Source of the DNA: Promethearchaeota archaeon
GTDB taxonomy: Archaea > Asgardarchaeota > Lokiarchaeia > Sigyniarchaeales > SOKP01
Assembly: GCA_011364975.1 (NCBI GenBank)
Contig: RDOE01000003.1
Coordinates: 4,200 to 68,199 of the forward strand
Direction of reading: 5' to 3'
Length of the DNA: 64,000 nucleotides
In this document: positions 49,678 to 59,009 of the stretch, one piece after another
Layout of the letters: the number at the start of each line of letters is the position of its first letter
Numbering within the stretch: the stretch's first letter is position 1
Translations under genes and position numbers: made by a program
Notes under the pieces: model-generated
Seen by the model: only the letters and a program-made list of their open reading frames with translations
Told to the model about the DNA's origin: nothing
The model's database searches: none

Positions 49678-51993
49678 ATGAGTGGAATATCAACACGATA
49701 TAAAGATAAGAATAATAGATTAAGAGTAAGAGATGCATTTAAAGAAGATTCTGGTGCTGGTCGAGTAAGAATCGATGCTGAAATAGCGAAATCCTTAAAG
49801 TTACAAAATGGTGATGCTATCGAGATCGTCAATCCTACGACCAAATCAAGAACGGTGGGATTATTATTTCCGAGTAAACAAGAAGATGAATCCACCGGAA
49901 TAATAAGACTAGACCAATATTTAAGAAGAAATATTAATATAGCGATAGATGATATTGTAGAGATACGTAAAATTAAGGCAGTTGCTGCTGAAGAAGTAAA
50001 ACTTGCTGGATTAAAAGAGGCTGTTATTATAAGTCCTAAATATTTGGCGAATGTTTTAGAAAATAGAGTTATAACTAATGGTGACATTTTAACTTTTTAT
50101 AATTATAACAAGAGATATGATTTTGTTGTTGTAGACTTCTTTCCAAAAGCAGAAGCAGTTCAGATTCAATTAGATTCAAAAATTACATTTAGTAAAGAAA
50201 CTCATAAAGAATTAATTGAAAGAGAAAAAATTAGAGTTAGTTATGAAGATATTGGTGGATTAGGAGATGAAATTCAAAAGATTCGGGAAATGATTGAATT
50301 ACCGATTAGACATCCGGAACTATTCAAAAGAATAGGGATTGACCCTCCAAAAGGAGTATTACTTCATGGACCCCCCGGTACTGGTAAAACGCTATTAGCA
50401 CGGGCAGTTGCTTTTGAGACTGAAGCTCACTTTATAACAATCAGTGGTCCCGAAATAATGAGCAAATTCTATGGTCAAAGTGAAGAAAATCTGAGGAAAG
50501 TTTTTGAGGAAGCAAAAAAAGAGGCACCCTCGATTATTTTTATTGACGAATTAGATTCTATTGCTCCAAAAAGAGGAGAAGTCACTGGAGAAGTTGAAAG
50601 AAGAGTAGTTGCACAGTTATTATCTTTATTGGACGGATTAGAAGGGCGAGGAGAGGTTATTGTTATTGGTGCGACTAATCGAGTAAATGATATTGATCCT
50701 GCTTTAAGACGGCCAGGAAGATTTGACCGAGAGATTGAGATTGGTGTACCTGACACTAGTGGTCGCCATGAAATTTTACAGATTCATACACGCGGTATGC
50801 CTTTAGATGAAAAAGTTAATTTAAAAGAAATATCCGAAAAAACTCACGGTTTTGTGGGTGCTGACATTGAAGCGTTAGCAAAAGAGGCTGCCATGTTAGC
50901 AATTAGAGAGATACTTCCAACAATTAATTTAGATAAACCTATACCTTTTGAAGTTTTAGACTCAATAAAGATTAAAATGGATAACTTTACTACAGCTTTA
51001 AGTAGTATCGAACCTTCTGCCTTAAGGGAAGTAGTAATATCGCAGCCCAAGGAAACCTGGGATGATGTTGGAGGATTAGAGGACGCTAGATTGCAATTAC
51101 AAGAAGTAATTGAATGGCCTCTGAAATATCCTGAGTTGTATAAACATCTTAGCGCTAAACCCCCTAATGGTATCCTATTATATGGCCCACCAGGTTCAGG
51201 TAAAACACTAATCGCAAAAGCATTAGCTCATGAGAGTGAAATCAATTTTATTTCAGTAAAAGGTCCTGAATTCTTATCAAAGTGGGTTGGAGAGAGTGAG
51301 AAGGCAGTGAGGGAGACCTTTAGAAAAGCACGTTCTGCAGCACCTTGTATCATATTTTTTGATGAAATTGATGCCATAGCAGGCATACGAGGAAGATTCG
51401 CTGGTTCAGAAGTGACAGAACAAGTGGTATCTCAGCTATTAACTGAAATGGATGGTTTAGAAGACCTAAAAGATGTAATCTTAGTAGCAGCAACAAATAG
51501 ACCGGATATGTTGGATCCTGCTCTATTACGATCGGGAAGGTTTGGAAGGCACATTGAAATCCCTATTCCTGATTATGAAGCGAGAAAACAGATATTTAAA
51601 ATTCATCTTAAAAATAAACCTATTTCTAAAGAGATATCAATAGAACAACTTACTGAGCAATTAGAGGGTTATACTGGAGCAGATATTCAAGCAATATGTG
51701 AGGAAGCTACTCTTTTCACAATAAGAGAGGCAATTTCCTTAGTAAATGAAAGAAGACGTGAATTATTTGATTACAATCAAAAATTAGAGCTATTAAAAAT
51801 TGAGAAACCTAACAATCCAGAAATTACCCAACTAACCGATAAAATAAAGGAGCTACAATCTAAAATGTTAAGTAAAATATCTATCTCAAAAGAAGCTTTA
51901 GATAAAGCTATTGATAAGGTTCTCAAAGGAGCTGAGAGAGCTAAGAAGGCTCAGGAAAATTATTCAAAAGCAGCTGAAGATTTGTATCGATAA
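49678..51993 (+). CDS. cdc48: CDC48/VCP-like AAA+ ATPase (N domain plus D1 and D2)
   Basis: Two Walker A motifs ([16 protein letters not shown]). Two Walker B motifs ([16 protein letters not shown]). N-terminal double-psi barrel-like [18 protein letters not shown]. Confidence 0.92.
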   Translation: MSGISTRYKDKNNRLRVRDAFKEDSGAGRVRIDAEIAKSLKLQNGDAIEIVNPTTKSRTVGLLFPSKQEDESTGIIRLDQYLRRNINIAIDDIVEIRKIKAVAAEEVKLAGLKEAVIISPKYLANVLENRVITNGDILTFYNYNKRYDFVVVDFFPKAEAVQIQLDSKITFSKETHKELIEREKIRVSYEDIGGLGDEIQKIREMIELPIRHPELFKRIGIDPPKGVLLHGPPGTGKTLLARAVAFETEAHFITISGPEIMSKFYGQSEENLRKVFEEAKKEAPSIIFIDELDSIAPKRGEVTGEVERRVVAQLLSLLDGLEGRGEVIVIGATNRVNDIDPALRRPGRFDREIEIGVPDTSGRHEILQIHTRGMPLDEKVNLKEISEKTHGFVGADIEALAKEAAMLAIREILPTINLDKPIPFEVLDSIKIKMDNFTTALSSIEPSALREVVISQPKETWDDVGGLEDARLQLQEVIEWPLKYPELYKHLSAKPPNGILLYGPPGSGKTLIAKALAHESEINFISVKGPEFLSKWVGESEKAVRETFRKARSAAPCIIFFDEIDAIAGIRGRFAGSEVTEQVVSQLLTEMDGLEDLKDVILVAATNRPDMLDPALLRSGRFGRHIEIPIPDYEARKQIFKIHLKNKPISKEISIEQLTEQLEGYTGADIQAICEEATLFTIREAISLVNERRRELFDYNQKLELLKIEKPNNPEITQLTDKIKELQSKMLSKISISKEALDKAIDKVLKGAERAKKAQENYSKAAEDLYR

Positions 51994-52033
51994 CATCAAT
52001 AATATGAAAAAGGTATCATAGGAGGAAAAAATT

Positions 52034-52852
52034 ATGGAATTAGAAGAAAGTGAAAGAGAAGAGCAGTTAATTAGTTTAGACGCTTTATTAGAAATTCTTG
52101 GAAATCCTACAAGACGGATGATTTTATCAAAATTGGCTAAAGTCCCTCATTCTGCGCCCGAGTTGGCAACTTCTTTAGGTATAACACGGCAAGCAGTACA
52201 TAGTCAGTTGAATACGCTAATTGATAATAATATTATAGAAGATATTGATCCCGAGGAAAAGAGAGGAGGAAAATATAGAATTAAAAGCAATTTATCAGTA
52301 CGGATTGATATTTCTCCTGATTATTATGATATTAGATATCATACCAGAGAATCTGGATCTGGAGCTGATATTAAAGAATTAAAAGATCTTACATGCTCCA
52401 TAGATTATTCTAAAATTAAAACAGCAGAAGAAAAACTCATCTTTATTGGAGATCAGATAAGAAATATAGAAAAAGACATTCTTAATCTCGAAAGCAATAG
52501 AAGGGAACTTGTAAATCAAAAAGAATGCCTTATATTAGAGCTTAAAGATATAATGAATAACCAGTATAAGCAAAAACTCGTGAACTTGTTAAAGGAAAGT
52601 GGTTTGAGCGAGAAAAATTTGCGAACTAGCTTAAATCTAAGCGAAGAGATCTTTTTTACAATGTTTTTTCATCCTGAACGATATTTTGATCGAATCAACA
52701 TCAATGAATTATTAGATGATTTATTCTTCTCAAATATGGACAGATATGAAAGGCCTCAGAAATTTGGTTCTGTAAAACAACTCTTAGAAGATTTGTCTCG
52801 TTTAATGGGATTCCTAAGAGAGGATGATGATGATTGGTTTTTTAATTTCTAA
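52034..52852 (+). CDS. ArsR-type winged-helix transcriptional regulator with a coiled-coil C-terminal half
   Basis: LEILGNPTRRMILSKLAKVPHSAPELATSLGITRQAVHSQLNTL. A central coiled coil (IRNIEKDILNLESNRRELVNQKECLILELKD). SD GGAGG upstream. Confidence 0.75.
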   Translation: MELEESEREEQLISLDALLEILGNPTRRMILSKLAKVPHSAPELATSLGITRQAVHSQLNTLIDNNIIEDIDPEEKRGGKYRIKSNLSVRIDISPDYYDIRYHTRESGSGADIKELKDLTCSIDYSKIKTAEEKLIFIGDQIRNIEKDILNLESNRRELVNQKECLILELKDIMNNQYKQKLVNLLKESGLSEKNLRTSLNLSEEIFFTMFFHPERYFDRININELLDDLFFSNMDRYERPQKFGSVKQLLEDLSRLMGFLREDDDDWFFNF

Positions 52853-52919
52853 TTACTTTATTTCATTTTACAATTTTTAACTTAAAAATGGTTTAATATA
52901 ACACTAAATTGGTGGGATT

Positions 52920-53426
52920 ATGGATTTACAAGAATTGAAAACAGAGTTACCTGAAATATTTAAACAAGTCAAAAAAGATGTACGAAAGGTTTTAGGTCGT
53001 AATGTGCATCGGGCTGGCTTAAGCTTAGGTCTCGTCGAAATGGGAATGTTTCAGGGGGGTTTTATAGGTGGTATGCATTTTGCTCCCGGAACCGATATAG
53101 TAATGAATAAAACCCCGTTAAAAATCATCCTATCATCTCAACCTTATGAAGTAGTTTGGGCTTATGTTTATCATATACTTTTACATGAATATATTCATTC
53201 TTTAGGGATAATTAATGAGCATATATGCAGAGAAAAAACTCTTGAAGTGAGTAAAGAGATATTTAAAGAAGCTGATCATCCCGCAATTATTCTTGCTGAA
53301 AAAGGTATTGGTTTTTTTATACCAAACTTGAAAATAACCTATATTCCTCCTGAAATGCGGCCAGATGGTTTGCTGATTGAATATATCTCCAATTTTGATC
53401 AAGACAGTATGACTTATTATTCCTAA
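52920..53426 (+). CDS. hypothetical protein with an HExxH motif (possible small zinc metallopeptidase)
   Basis: VYHILLHEYIHSLG contains HEYIH. 168 aa. Confidence 0.45.
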   Translation: MDLQELKTELPEIFKQVKKDVRKVLGRNVHRAGLSLGLVEMGMFQGGFIGGMHFAPGTDIVMNKTPLKIILSSQPYEVVWAYVYHILLHEYIHSLGIINEHICREKTLEVSKEIFKEADHPAIILAEKGIGFFIPNLKITYIPPEMRPDGLLIEYISNFDQDSMTYYS

Positions 53427-53509
53427 TCTAAATAGGTTATTTCAATTATCAGTTAATATTAATAAAGTAGAGTAATTAGTATAATTTGAACATATTAATT
53501 ATACGTGCT

Positions 53510-53513
53510 GGAG
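53510..53513 (+). promoter_or_regulatory. Shine-Dalgarno GGAG 7 nt upstream of the in-frame ATT at 53521
   Basis: Reads GCTGGAGATATATCATTACT. Confidence 0.4.
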
Positions 53514-53520
53514 ATATATC

Positions 53521-54585
53521 ATTACTGAAGCTTCAAAAAATCAAGATCATGAGCTCGATGAAATCGAAAAAACATTAGATCTTGCATTAAACGAATTACT
53601 TTTAAAATGGAAATTTAAAAATGTAAATAAAACTTTACACTATGACATTAAAAAATGTATCGGATGTTCTTTATGTAAGCTGGTTTGTCCTGTTGATGCA
53701 ATAGAACTTGGACCTATACCTGAAATAGCTCAAAATATATTAGATGACACTAATCCAAAATTGCTCATAGACCATGAAAAATGTTGTTATTGCTTATTAT
53801 GTGTAATAGTATGCCCTACTGATGCTTTTCATGAAAATATTGAACCTGAAGGACATATTTCTTTAGATGAGTTTCCCTCAATAGGTAAATTCTATAAAAT
53901 TGATATAGATAATTGTATAGAAGATATAAATAATGAAATCTGTCAATTATGCTTAAATGTTCGTGAACGTAATCAGATTAAGGAGTATTATAAAATATCA
54001 AAAGAATGCCCGACAAATTGTTTTTCTATTGATTCTCCTATAAATGGAGATGTACTCATTAAAAAAAATATGCTGCATAAATGTGATCCCCAAGGATGTA
54101 AAGCTTGTATTAATATATGTCCTGTGGAATCATTTTTTATCCCTGAGAGTGCCGAAGATGTAGTAAAGTATGGGAAAATAGCTTGTAATGAGGATAAGTG
54201 CTTTTACTGTGGCGCATGTGAAAATTCGTGCCCAGATGATTTAATAAAAGTCAATCGAACTGATATCCGAATCTTAAATCCTAAAAAGAAAGGTAATTAC
54301 CCATGGATAGAAGGTTGGCTAAATAGTATAAAGAAAATATTACGTACGGCTTTAATTGAGGGAAAAGAGCAAATTCAAATTCCAACAGTAGAAGAATATA
54401 TAGAACAAATTAAGACAAAAGAATTGAGAGATGTACCTCAACTTTCTGAAGAGGATAAGAAGCAATTTAATGCTTTAAACGGAAAAATTCAGAATATGCT
54501 AAGTTCATCAAAAATTAGATATTGGATCAAGGATAAAAAAGTAGATAAAGTAGTTAAGGAATTAAGAAAATTTCTTAATCCGTAA
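53521..54585 (+). CDS. polyferredoxin-like multi-[4Fe-4S] protein. Start proposed at ATT 53521; the ORF track starts at TTG 53761.
   Basis: The frame is open from 53485. It encodes CIGCSLCKLVCPVDAIE at 53656-53706, upstream of the first canonical start. Downstream motifs are CCYCLLCVIVCP, CQLC...CP, CKACINICP and CFYCGACENSCP. Confidence 0.7.
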   Translation: MTEASKNQDHELDEIEKTLDLALNELLLKWKFKNVNKTLHYDIKKCIGCSLCKLVCPVDAIELGPIPEIAQNILDDTNPKLLIDHEKCCYCLLCVIVCPTDAFHENIEPEGHISLDEFPSIGKFYKIDIDNCIEDINNEICQLCLNVRERNQIKEYYKISKECPTNCFSIDSPINGDVLIKKNMLHKCDPQGCKACINICPVESFFIPESAEDVVKYGKIACNEDKCFYCGACENSCPDDLIKVNRTDIRILNPKKKGNYPWIEGWLNSIKKILRTALIEGKEQIQIPTVEEYIEQIKTKELRDVPQLSEEDKKQFNALNGKIQNMLSSSKIRYWIKDKKVDKVVKELRKFLNP

Positions 54586-54589
54586 AAAA

Positions 54590-55126
54590 ATGAAAAATAG
54601 CTTATCATTTAAAAACAAACCAAGAATTTTAGTGTTCCTACATGGAACCAGTATCATGCATAGAAACGCCTTAGGACTTTCAAGAGAGAAAATAATACAA
54701 CAAATTGTAGAAGGGATTGATGATTCAATCATTGATTTTATTTCATATATTCCAATTGGTAATGTTGTAGAAAAATTAACTACATGGCAGAAACAAGGTG
54801 CTCAGATATCTTATCTGAGTTCACATTTCTCTCTTGAAGATGTTAAAAAAGATGAACTAGTATTAAAGAGATATAGGTTTCCAAAAGGACTTATATTCTA
54901 CCGAAAAGAGAAAAATTGGAATTTACCAATTGAAGAAGCTAAACCAGATATACTAATTGAGGATAATTGTGAGAGTATTGGTGGTGAGTATCAAATGACT
55001 TATCCTAATCTTAACCTTAAATTGAAATCTAAAATACATTCAATTGTTATAAAAGAATTTAGCGGAATTGATCAGCTTCCCGATGATATCGAAGAATTAA
55101 AAAAATTTAAATCTCTCTCTTTTTAG
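54590..55126 (+). CDS. hypothetical protein
   Basis: 178-aa ORF, 4 nt after the polyferredoxin stop. No confident motif. Confidence 0.45.
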   Translation: MKNSLSFKNKPRILVFLHGTSIMHRNALGLSREKIIQQIVEGIDDSIIDFISYIPIGNVVEKLTTWQKQGAQISYLSSHFSLEDVKKDELVLKRYRFPKGLIFYRKEKNWNLPIEEAKPDILIEDNCESIGGEYQMTYPNLNLKLKSKIHSIVIKEFSGIDQLPDDIEELKKFKSLSF

Positions 55127-55240
55127 ATTACTTAATATTGAAAATCTAGCAAGGGATTGATAAACCAACTTACTGAATAATAAATTCTTTAAAAATCATC
55201 CTAAAATCTTTTATTTAATAAAATTAATATTAATCTTTAT

Positions 55241-55248
55241 AGAGGTGG
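55241..55248 (+). promoter_or_regulatory. Shine-Dalgarno AGAGGTGG 6 nt upstream of the in-frame ATT at 55255
   Basis: Reads AGAGGTGGATTTTAATTAGTCAA. Confidence 0.5.
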
Positions 55249-55254
55249 ATTTTA

Positions 55255-55524
55255 ATTAGTCAAAAAATTTTTAAAATAGTCGGAACCATTAAAGATGTTA
55301 AAGGACATTGTACTGCTAACCATAAAAAAGGTGAGCACTTTGAATTAAGTGGTCATAGTGCTAATGGATTATGTGGATTTTTTTATCATGATATTTTTCC
55401 ATCTATCTTAACACTACAATTTGGTGGAACCTTCCCTTGGTCGTCAAATCCAGACATCGTTGAAGTAGAATGCCCGGATCGAATGAATACGGTAAAGATG
55501 GAATTAAAACGAATAAGAAACTAA
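55255..55524 (+). CDS. small Cys-containing protein resembling the TIGR04076 family. Not in the ORF track because it has no ATG/GTG/TTG start.
   Basis: The frame is open 55243-55524. Translation: (I)SQKIFKIVGTIKDVKGHCTANHKKGEHFELSGHSANGLCGFFYHDIFPSILTLQFGGTFPWSSNPDIVEVECPDRMNTVKMELKRIRN. GLC...FGGxFPW...CPD is the family pattern as I recall it. Confidence 0.6.
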   Translation: MSQKIFKIVGTIKDVKGHCTANHKKGEHFELSGHSANGLCGFFYHDIFPSILTLQFGGTFPWSSNPDIVEVECPDRMNTVKMELKRIRN

Positions 55525-55670
55525 AATATTAGAAGTTATGTGAACTTCTCTAATTTTTTCTTACTTTTTCAATAATTTTATTGAGACTAAAAACCTGTTT
55601 GTTTTTATAATTAAAATTGAACCTAAGTACAATTAATCAATAAAAATGAAAAATATTAGTACATTTTATT

Positions 55671-55943
55671 ATGATTCTAAAATTAAAAATTAAATCAAAT
55701 CATACTACTAATAAAAAACAAATCTTCGTTTGGATACAGAATAATAAAGAGTTTAAGAATGATATTGACCAACTTTTACAATTCTTTAAGGATAATACTA
55801 AGATAAAGACAATTTACAAGCTTCATAAATATTACAAAATAACTTCCCGAAATCCAGCTATTATGCTCTCTCTTCTTAGCACGATTCAAGAAATAATACC
55901 AGAAATATATTTTACATCCGATGGAACCATCGATCTTGAGTAA
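55671..55943 (+). CDS. small hypothetical protein
   Basis: 90-aa ORF with no motif. Confidence 0.3.
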   Translation: MILKLKIKSNHTTNKKQIFVWIQNNKEFKNDIDQLLQFFKDNTKIKTIYKLHKYYKITSRNPAIMLSLLSTIQEIIPEIYFTSDGTIDLE

Positions 55944-56047
55944 TTTACTAAAGCTTGATTCTTTAATTTCTATTTAATCCATCCCTATAATTAGTAAATT
56001 TCTCTCTTCTTTACAATTTCATAACTTTAAATTTTAAGTAGAATGAG

Positions 56048-56149
56048 TGGGAGAGGGGGGATTCGAACCCCCGGCCCCTTGGTCCCAAACCAAGATTCAT
56101 GCTGTAGAAAGGCACACTACAGTATCATACCAGGCTAGACCACCCTCCC
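56048..56149 (-). tRNA. tRNA-Pro (anticodon UGG) carrying a 28-nt insertion/intron between the D-arm and the anticodon stem
   Basis: Minus strand: GGGAGGG-TG-GTCT-AGCCTGGTA-TGAT-A-[28 nt]-CTTGG-TTTGGGA-CCAAG-GGGCC-GGGGG-TTCGAAT-CCCCC-CTCTCCC-A. It has U8, A14, GG in the D-loop, U33, G37 and the TTCGAAT T-loop. The acceptor stem pairs over 7 bp with one G-U. The mature length is 74 nt. No CCA is encoded. Confidence 0.85.
56095..56122 (-). other. tRNA-Pro intron (28 nt; boundaries ambiguous by up to 2 nt because CT is duplicated at both junctions)
   Basis: CTGTAGTGTGCCTTTCTACAGCATGAAT forms a 6-bp hairpin (CTGTAG/CTACAG) with a 9-nt loop. I could not draw a canonical 3-4-3 bulge-helix-bulge by hand. 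Confidence 0.6.
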
Positions 56150-56168
56150 GTTAACATATGGGATGAGA

Positions 56169-56176
56169 TACTTTAA
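56169..56176 (-). promoter_or_regulatory. TATA-like element TTAAAGTA at -27 to -20 relative to tRNA-Pro position 1
   Basis: Minus-strand upstream sequence is ATGTTAAAGTATCTCATCCCATATGTTAAC, followed directly by the tRNA. Confidence 0.3.
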
Positions 56177-56340
56177 CATTACATCCAAATCATTTCAAGA
56201 AAAAACGATTGATTGTAAATTTTTTACTTATTCAATTTATATGATGATATAGATAACAAAAAATAGTAAAGTAAAAAAATTTTACCTTTGGTAATAAAGG
56301 TCATTTGTAACAAAATATTAAACTAAATTCACCTTATAAA

Positions 56341-56919
56341 ATGAAAATATCTATTAATTTACAACAGATCGGAGAATTGGATAGGACTATTTTAAGAACT
56401 CTTAAAAAAAATCTAAAATGGGCATTAAAAAGCTTTAATATTAATCTTGAAATTCTTGAAGAAGTTATCCCATTAACAACTGCAGAATATAATCCTTTTA
56501 AGAGACAGTATGATGCAAATTTGATCATGCAAAATCTCTTTAAATCTTATAAAGAGAAAGGCCTTTTTCGAATTCTTGGAATTCTGGATAATGATATTTA
56601 TGTAAACCGATATAATTTCATATTTGGTTCGGCGAGACATCCAGATAAAATATATTCACCGTATTCACCAGTTGCTTTAATCTCCATTTTTCGCTTACGA
56701 GAGGAATTTTGGGGGTTTCAAGCGGATCAAGCACTATTTGAATTAAGGATTTTAAAAGAAGCTTTACATGAACTAGGTCATACGTTCGGATTAATTCATT
56801 GTGAAAATGATTGCATTATGATTTTTTCAAATTCTATTGATGATACTGATAATAAACCTCCAAAATTTTGTGAAAGCTGTAAGTCAAGTATAGAAATCTT
56901 TCTTAAAAACGAAATCTAA
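56341..56919 (+). CDS. amzA: archaemetzincin (zinc metalloprotease)
   Basis: HELGHTFGLIHCENDCIM...CESC matches HExxHxxGxxxCxxxxCxM...CxxC. Confidence 0.9.
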   Translation: MKISINLQQIGELDRTILRTLKKNLKWALKSFNINLEILEEVIPLTTAEYNPFKRQYDANLIMQNLFKSYKEKGLFRILGILDNDIYVNRYNFIFGSARHPDKIYSPYSPVALISIFRLREEFWGFQADQALFELRILKEALHELGHTFGLIHCENDCIMIFSNSIDDTDNKPPKFCESCKSSIEIFLKNEI

Positions 56920-57935
56920 CCGTATCTCTCTTTAAATTTATTATATAAATCTGAACTGAGTTTTAAAATTCGCTTAGACCCTTTTACAATCTTAACTAAA
57001 TCCTCAGGAATGTTTTTTAATCCAAAATAAGCTCCAGCTAAACCACCTCCAATAGCTCCTACTGTATCACTATCTCCACCCGCAGTTGCTAAGCTATATA
57101 AACAATCTTTAAATGAGGATAAACTTTTTAAGAAAATAAAGATGGCACATGCCACTGTACTTAAAGTATAGGGATGTACAAATGCTTTTCCCAAATATTG
57201 CTCAATGAAATAGGGAGATCTAACCCCTGCCTGCGAGAACTTTATTAATCCCGCTTCAATTGGAATATTTAAATTTTGCTTCACTTTGTCTAAAATTTCA
57301 ACAAGCTCATTCCATATTGGCTCATTAGAATCCAAGATTGGGGAGGTTATTGTAGTAAAGAAACGATCAATAGGAATCGAAGTCTCTGGAGTTAATTCAA
57401 TCAAATATGCAATTGCTCGTGCAATTACTATAGCTCCAGCTGAGGCTGCTGGATGGGAGTGTGTAAGTTGGCTTGTCTTTAAAACTGTATCGCATAAATT
57501 AGTAATATCTTTGCAGTAAAATAATCCTAAGGGTGAAATTCTCATTGCTGTGCCGTTTCCTCCTGAGTTTGAAGCAGCATTTTCCCATGGTATCCCATAT
57601 CGTAACTTTTTAATTGAAGAGATACATCCAAACCCAGGACCAATAGGTGGATCATCCAGCCATGCTATATATTCTCTGATAAAATTATCTAGGTTAAATC
57701 CTGAACCTTGAATAAGGGCTTGAGTAGTATGTATTGTTAATTGGGTATCATCCGTATATGTATTAAATAAATGTTTGTGTTTATTAAGGTAATCTTCGAA
57801 AATTGTGAACTTAGCATATATCTCTTCTCTTATCATACCTTCAAATGGATGGCCTAAGGTATCACCAATACTCACACCTAAAAGGGTTCCAGAAAATTTA
57901 TCTAGATAATCTATAAATCTCACTTCATACTTCAA
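56916..57935 (-). CDS. ADP-ribosylglycohydrolase-family protein
   Basis: GVSIGDTLGHPFEG, YTDDTQLT, GNGTAMRISP and GGDSDTVGAIGGGLAGAYFG. Confidence 0.88.
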   Translation of the reverse strand: MKYEVRFIDYLDKFSGTLLGVSIGDTLGHPFEGMIREEIYAKFTIFEDYLNKHKHLFNTYTDDTQLTIHTTQALIQGSGFNLDNFIREYIAWLDDPPIGPGFGCISSIKKLRYGIPWENAASNSGGNGTAMRISPLGLFYCKDITNLCDTVLKTSQLTHSHPAASAGAIVIARAIAYLIELTPETSIPIDRFFTTITSPILDSNEPIWNELVEILDKVKQNLNIPIEAGLIKFSQAGVRSPYFIEQYLGKAFVHPYTLSTVACAIFIFLKSLSSFKDCLYSLATAGGDSDTVGAIGGGLAGAYFGLKNIPEDLVKIVKGSKRILKLSSDLYNKFKERYG

Positions 57936-58085
57936 TCATGTATTATTTAATCTATTAACTAATTAAGATAAGGATCTGAGTAATCCTTATAAATGAATCT
58001 TACTGATTAATATTTTAATTAATTTTTCTTTAAATAATTTTAAAGATTTATACTATTCAAATATTAAATTTTTATTGATTGAAAT

Positions 58086-58985
58086 ATGAAAAAGTTAGAA
58101 AAACTTCAAAATGTAATCACTGCATTGATTACTCCTTTTAATGAGGATTATTCACTAGATGTAGATAAATATAGAGAATTTATTCGCTTTCAGATTGAAA
58201 ATGGTTGTCAACCATTAACCATGGGCACTACTGGAGAGTCAGCTACCCTTTCTCACGAGGAACATCATCAAGCAATAGACATTACTGTTGATGAGGCAAA
58301 AAAGTCAGGAAAAGATCCATTTGTATTAGCTGGAGCAGGAAGTAATTCTACTAAAGAATCTATTTCGTTATGTCAGTATGCTGAAAAAGCTGGGGCAGAC
58401 GGTCTTCTAGTTGTCACACCTTATTATAATAAACCAGCACAACATTCTCTAATTGATCATTATAGTGCCCTGGCAGATGCAGTATCTTTGCCCATTATCA
58501 TATACAACGTTCCCGGTCGAACTGGGTGTAACATTGAACCCGAAACAGTCTCTAAATTGGCTAATTCCAAAGATAATATTGTTGGTATTAAATGTGCAAG
58601 TGGAAATATTGATCAGATCACTAGATATTTTAAATTATGCCCCGAAGATTTTATTGTTCTGAGTGGTGATGATGTTCTTACTTACCATATAATGGCTCTT
58701 GGAGGAAAAGGTGTAATCAGTGTTGCATCAAATATTATGCCTGTTAAATTATTTGAATTTACTTCTAGTATGCTGGATGGAAATTGGGGAAAAGCCAGGA
58801 AAATGCAATTAGAATTGTATGATTTATTCAAGATATTATTTATAGAAACCAATCCTGGTCCCGTTAAATATGCGGCAGAACTCATGGGACTTATGAATAA
58901 GAGAATGCGCTTACCTTTAACACCTCCCTTAGAACAAAGTCAAAATAAAATTAAGGATGTACTTATAAATTTAAAATTAATCTAA
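58086..58985 (+). CDS. dapA: 4-hydroxy-tetrahydrodipicolinate synthase
   Basis: GTTGESATLSHEEH, YNVPGRTG and the Schiff-base Lys in VGIKCASG. Confidence 0.92.
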   Translation: MKKLEKLQNVITALITPFNEDYSLDVDKYREFIRFQIENGCQPLTMGTTGESATLSHEEHHQAIDITVDEAKKSGKDPFVLAGAGSNSTKESISLCQYAEKAGADGLLVVTPYYNKPAQHSLIDHYSALADAVSLPIIIYNVPGRTGCNIEPETVSKLANSKDNIVGIKCASGNIDQITRYFKLCPEDFIVLSGDDVLTYHIMALGGKGVISVASNIMPVKLFEFTSSMLDGNWGKARKMQLELYDLFKILFIETNPGPVKYAAELMGLMNKRMRLPLTPPLEQSQNKIKDVLINLKLI

Positions 58986-59009
58986 TAATGTAATTTTTGA
59001 GGGAAAAAA

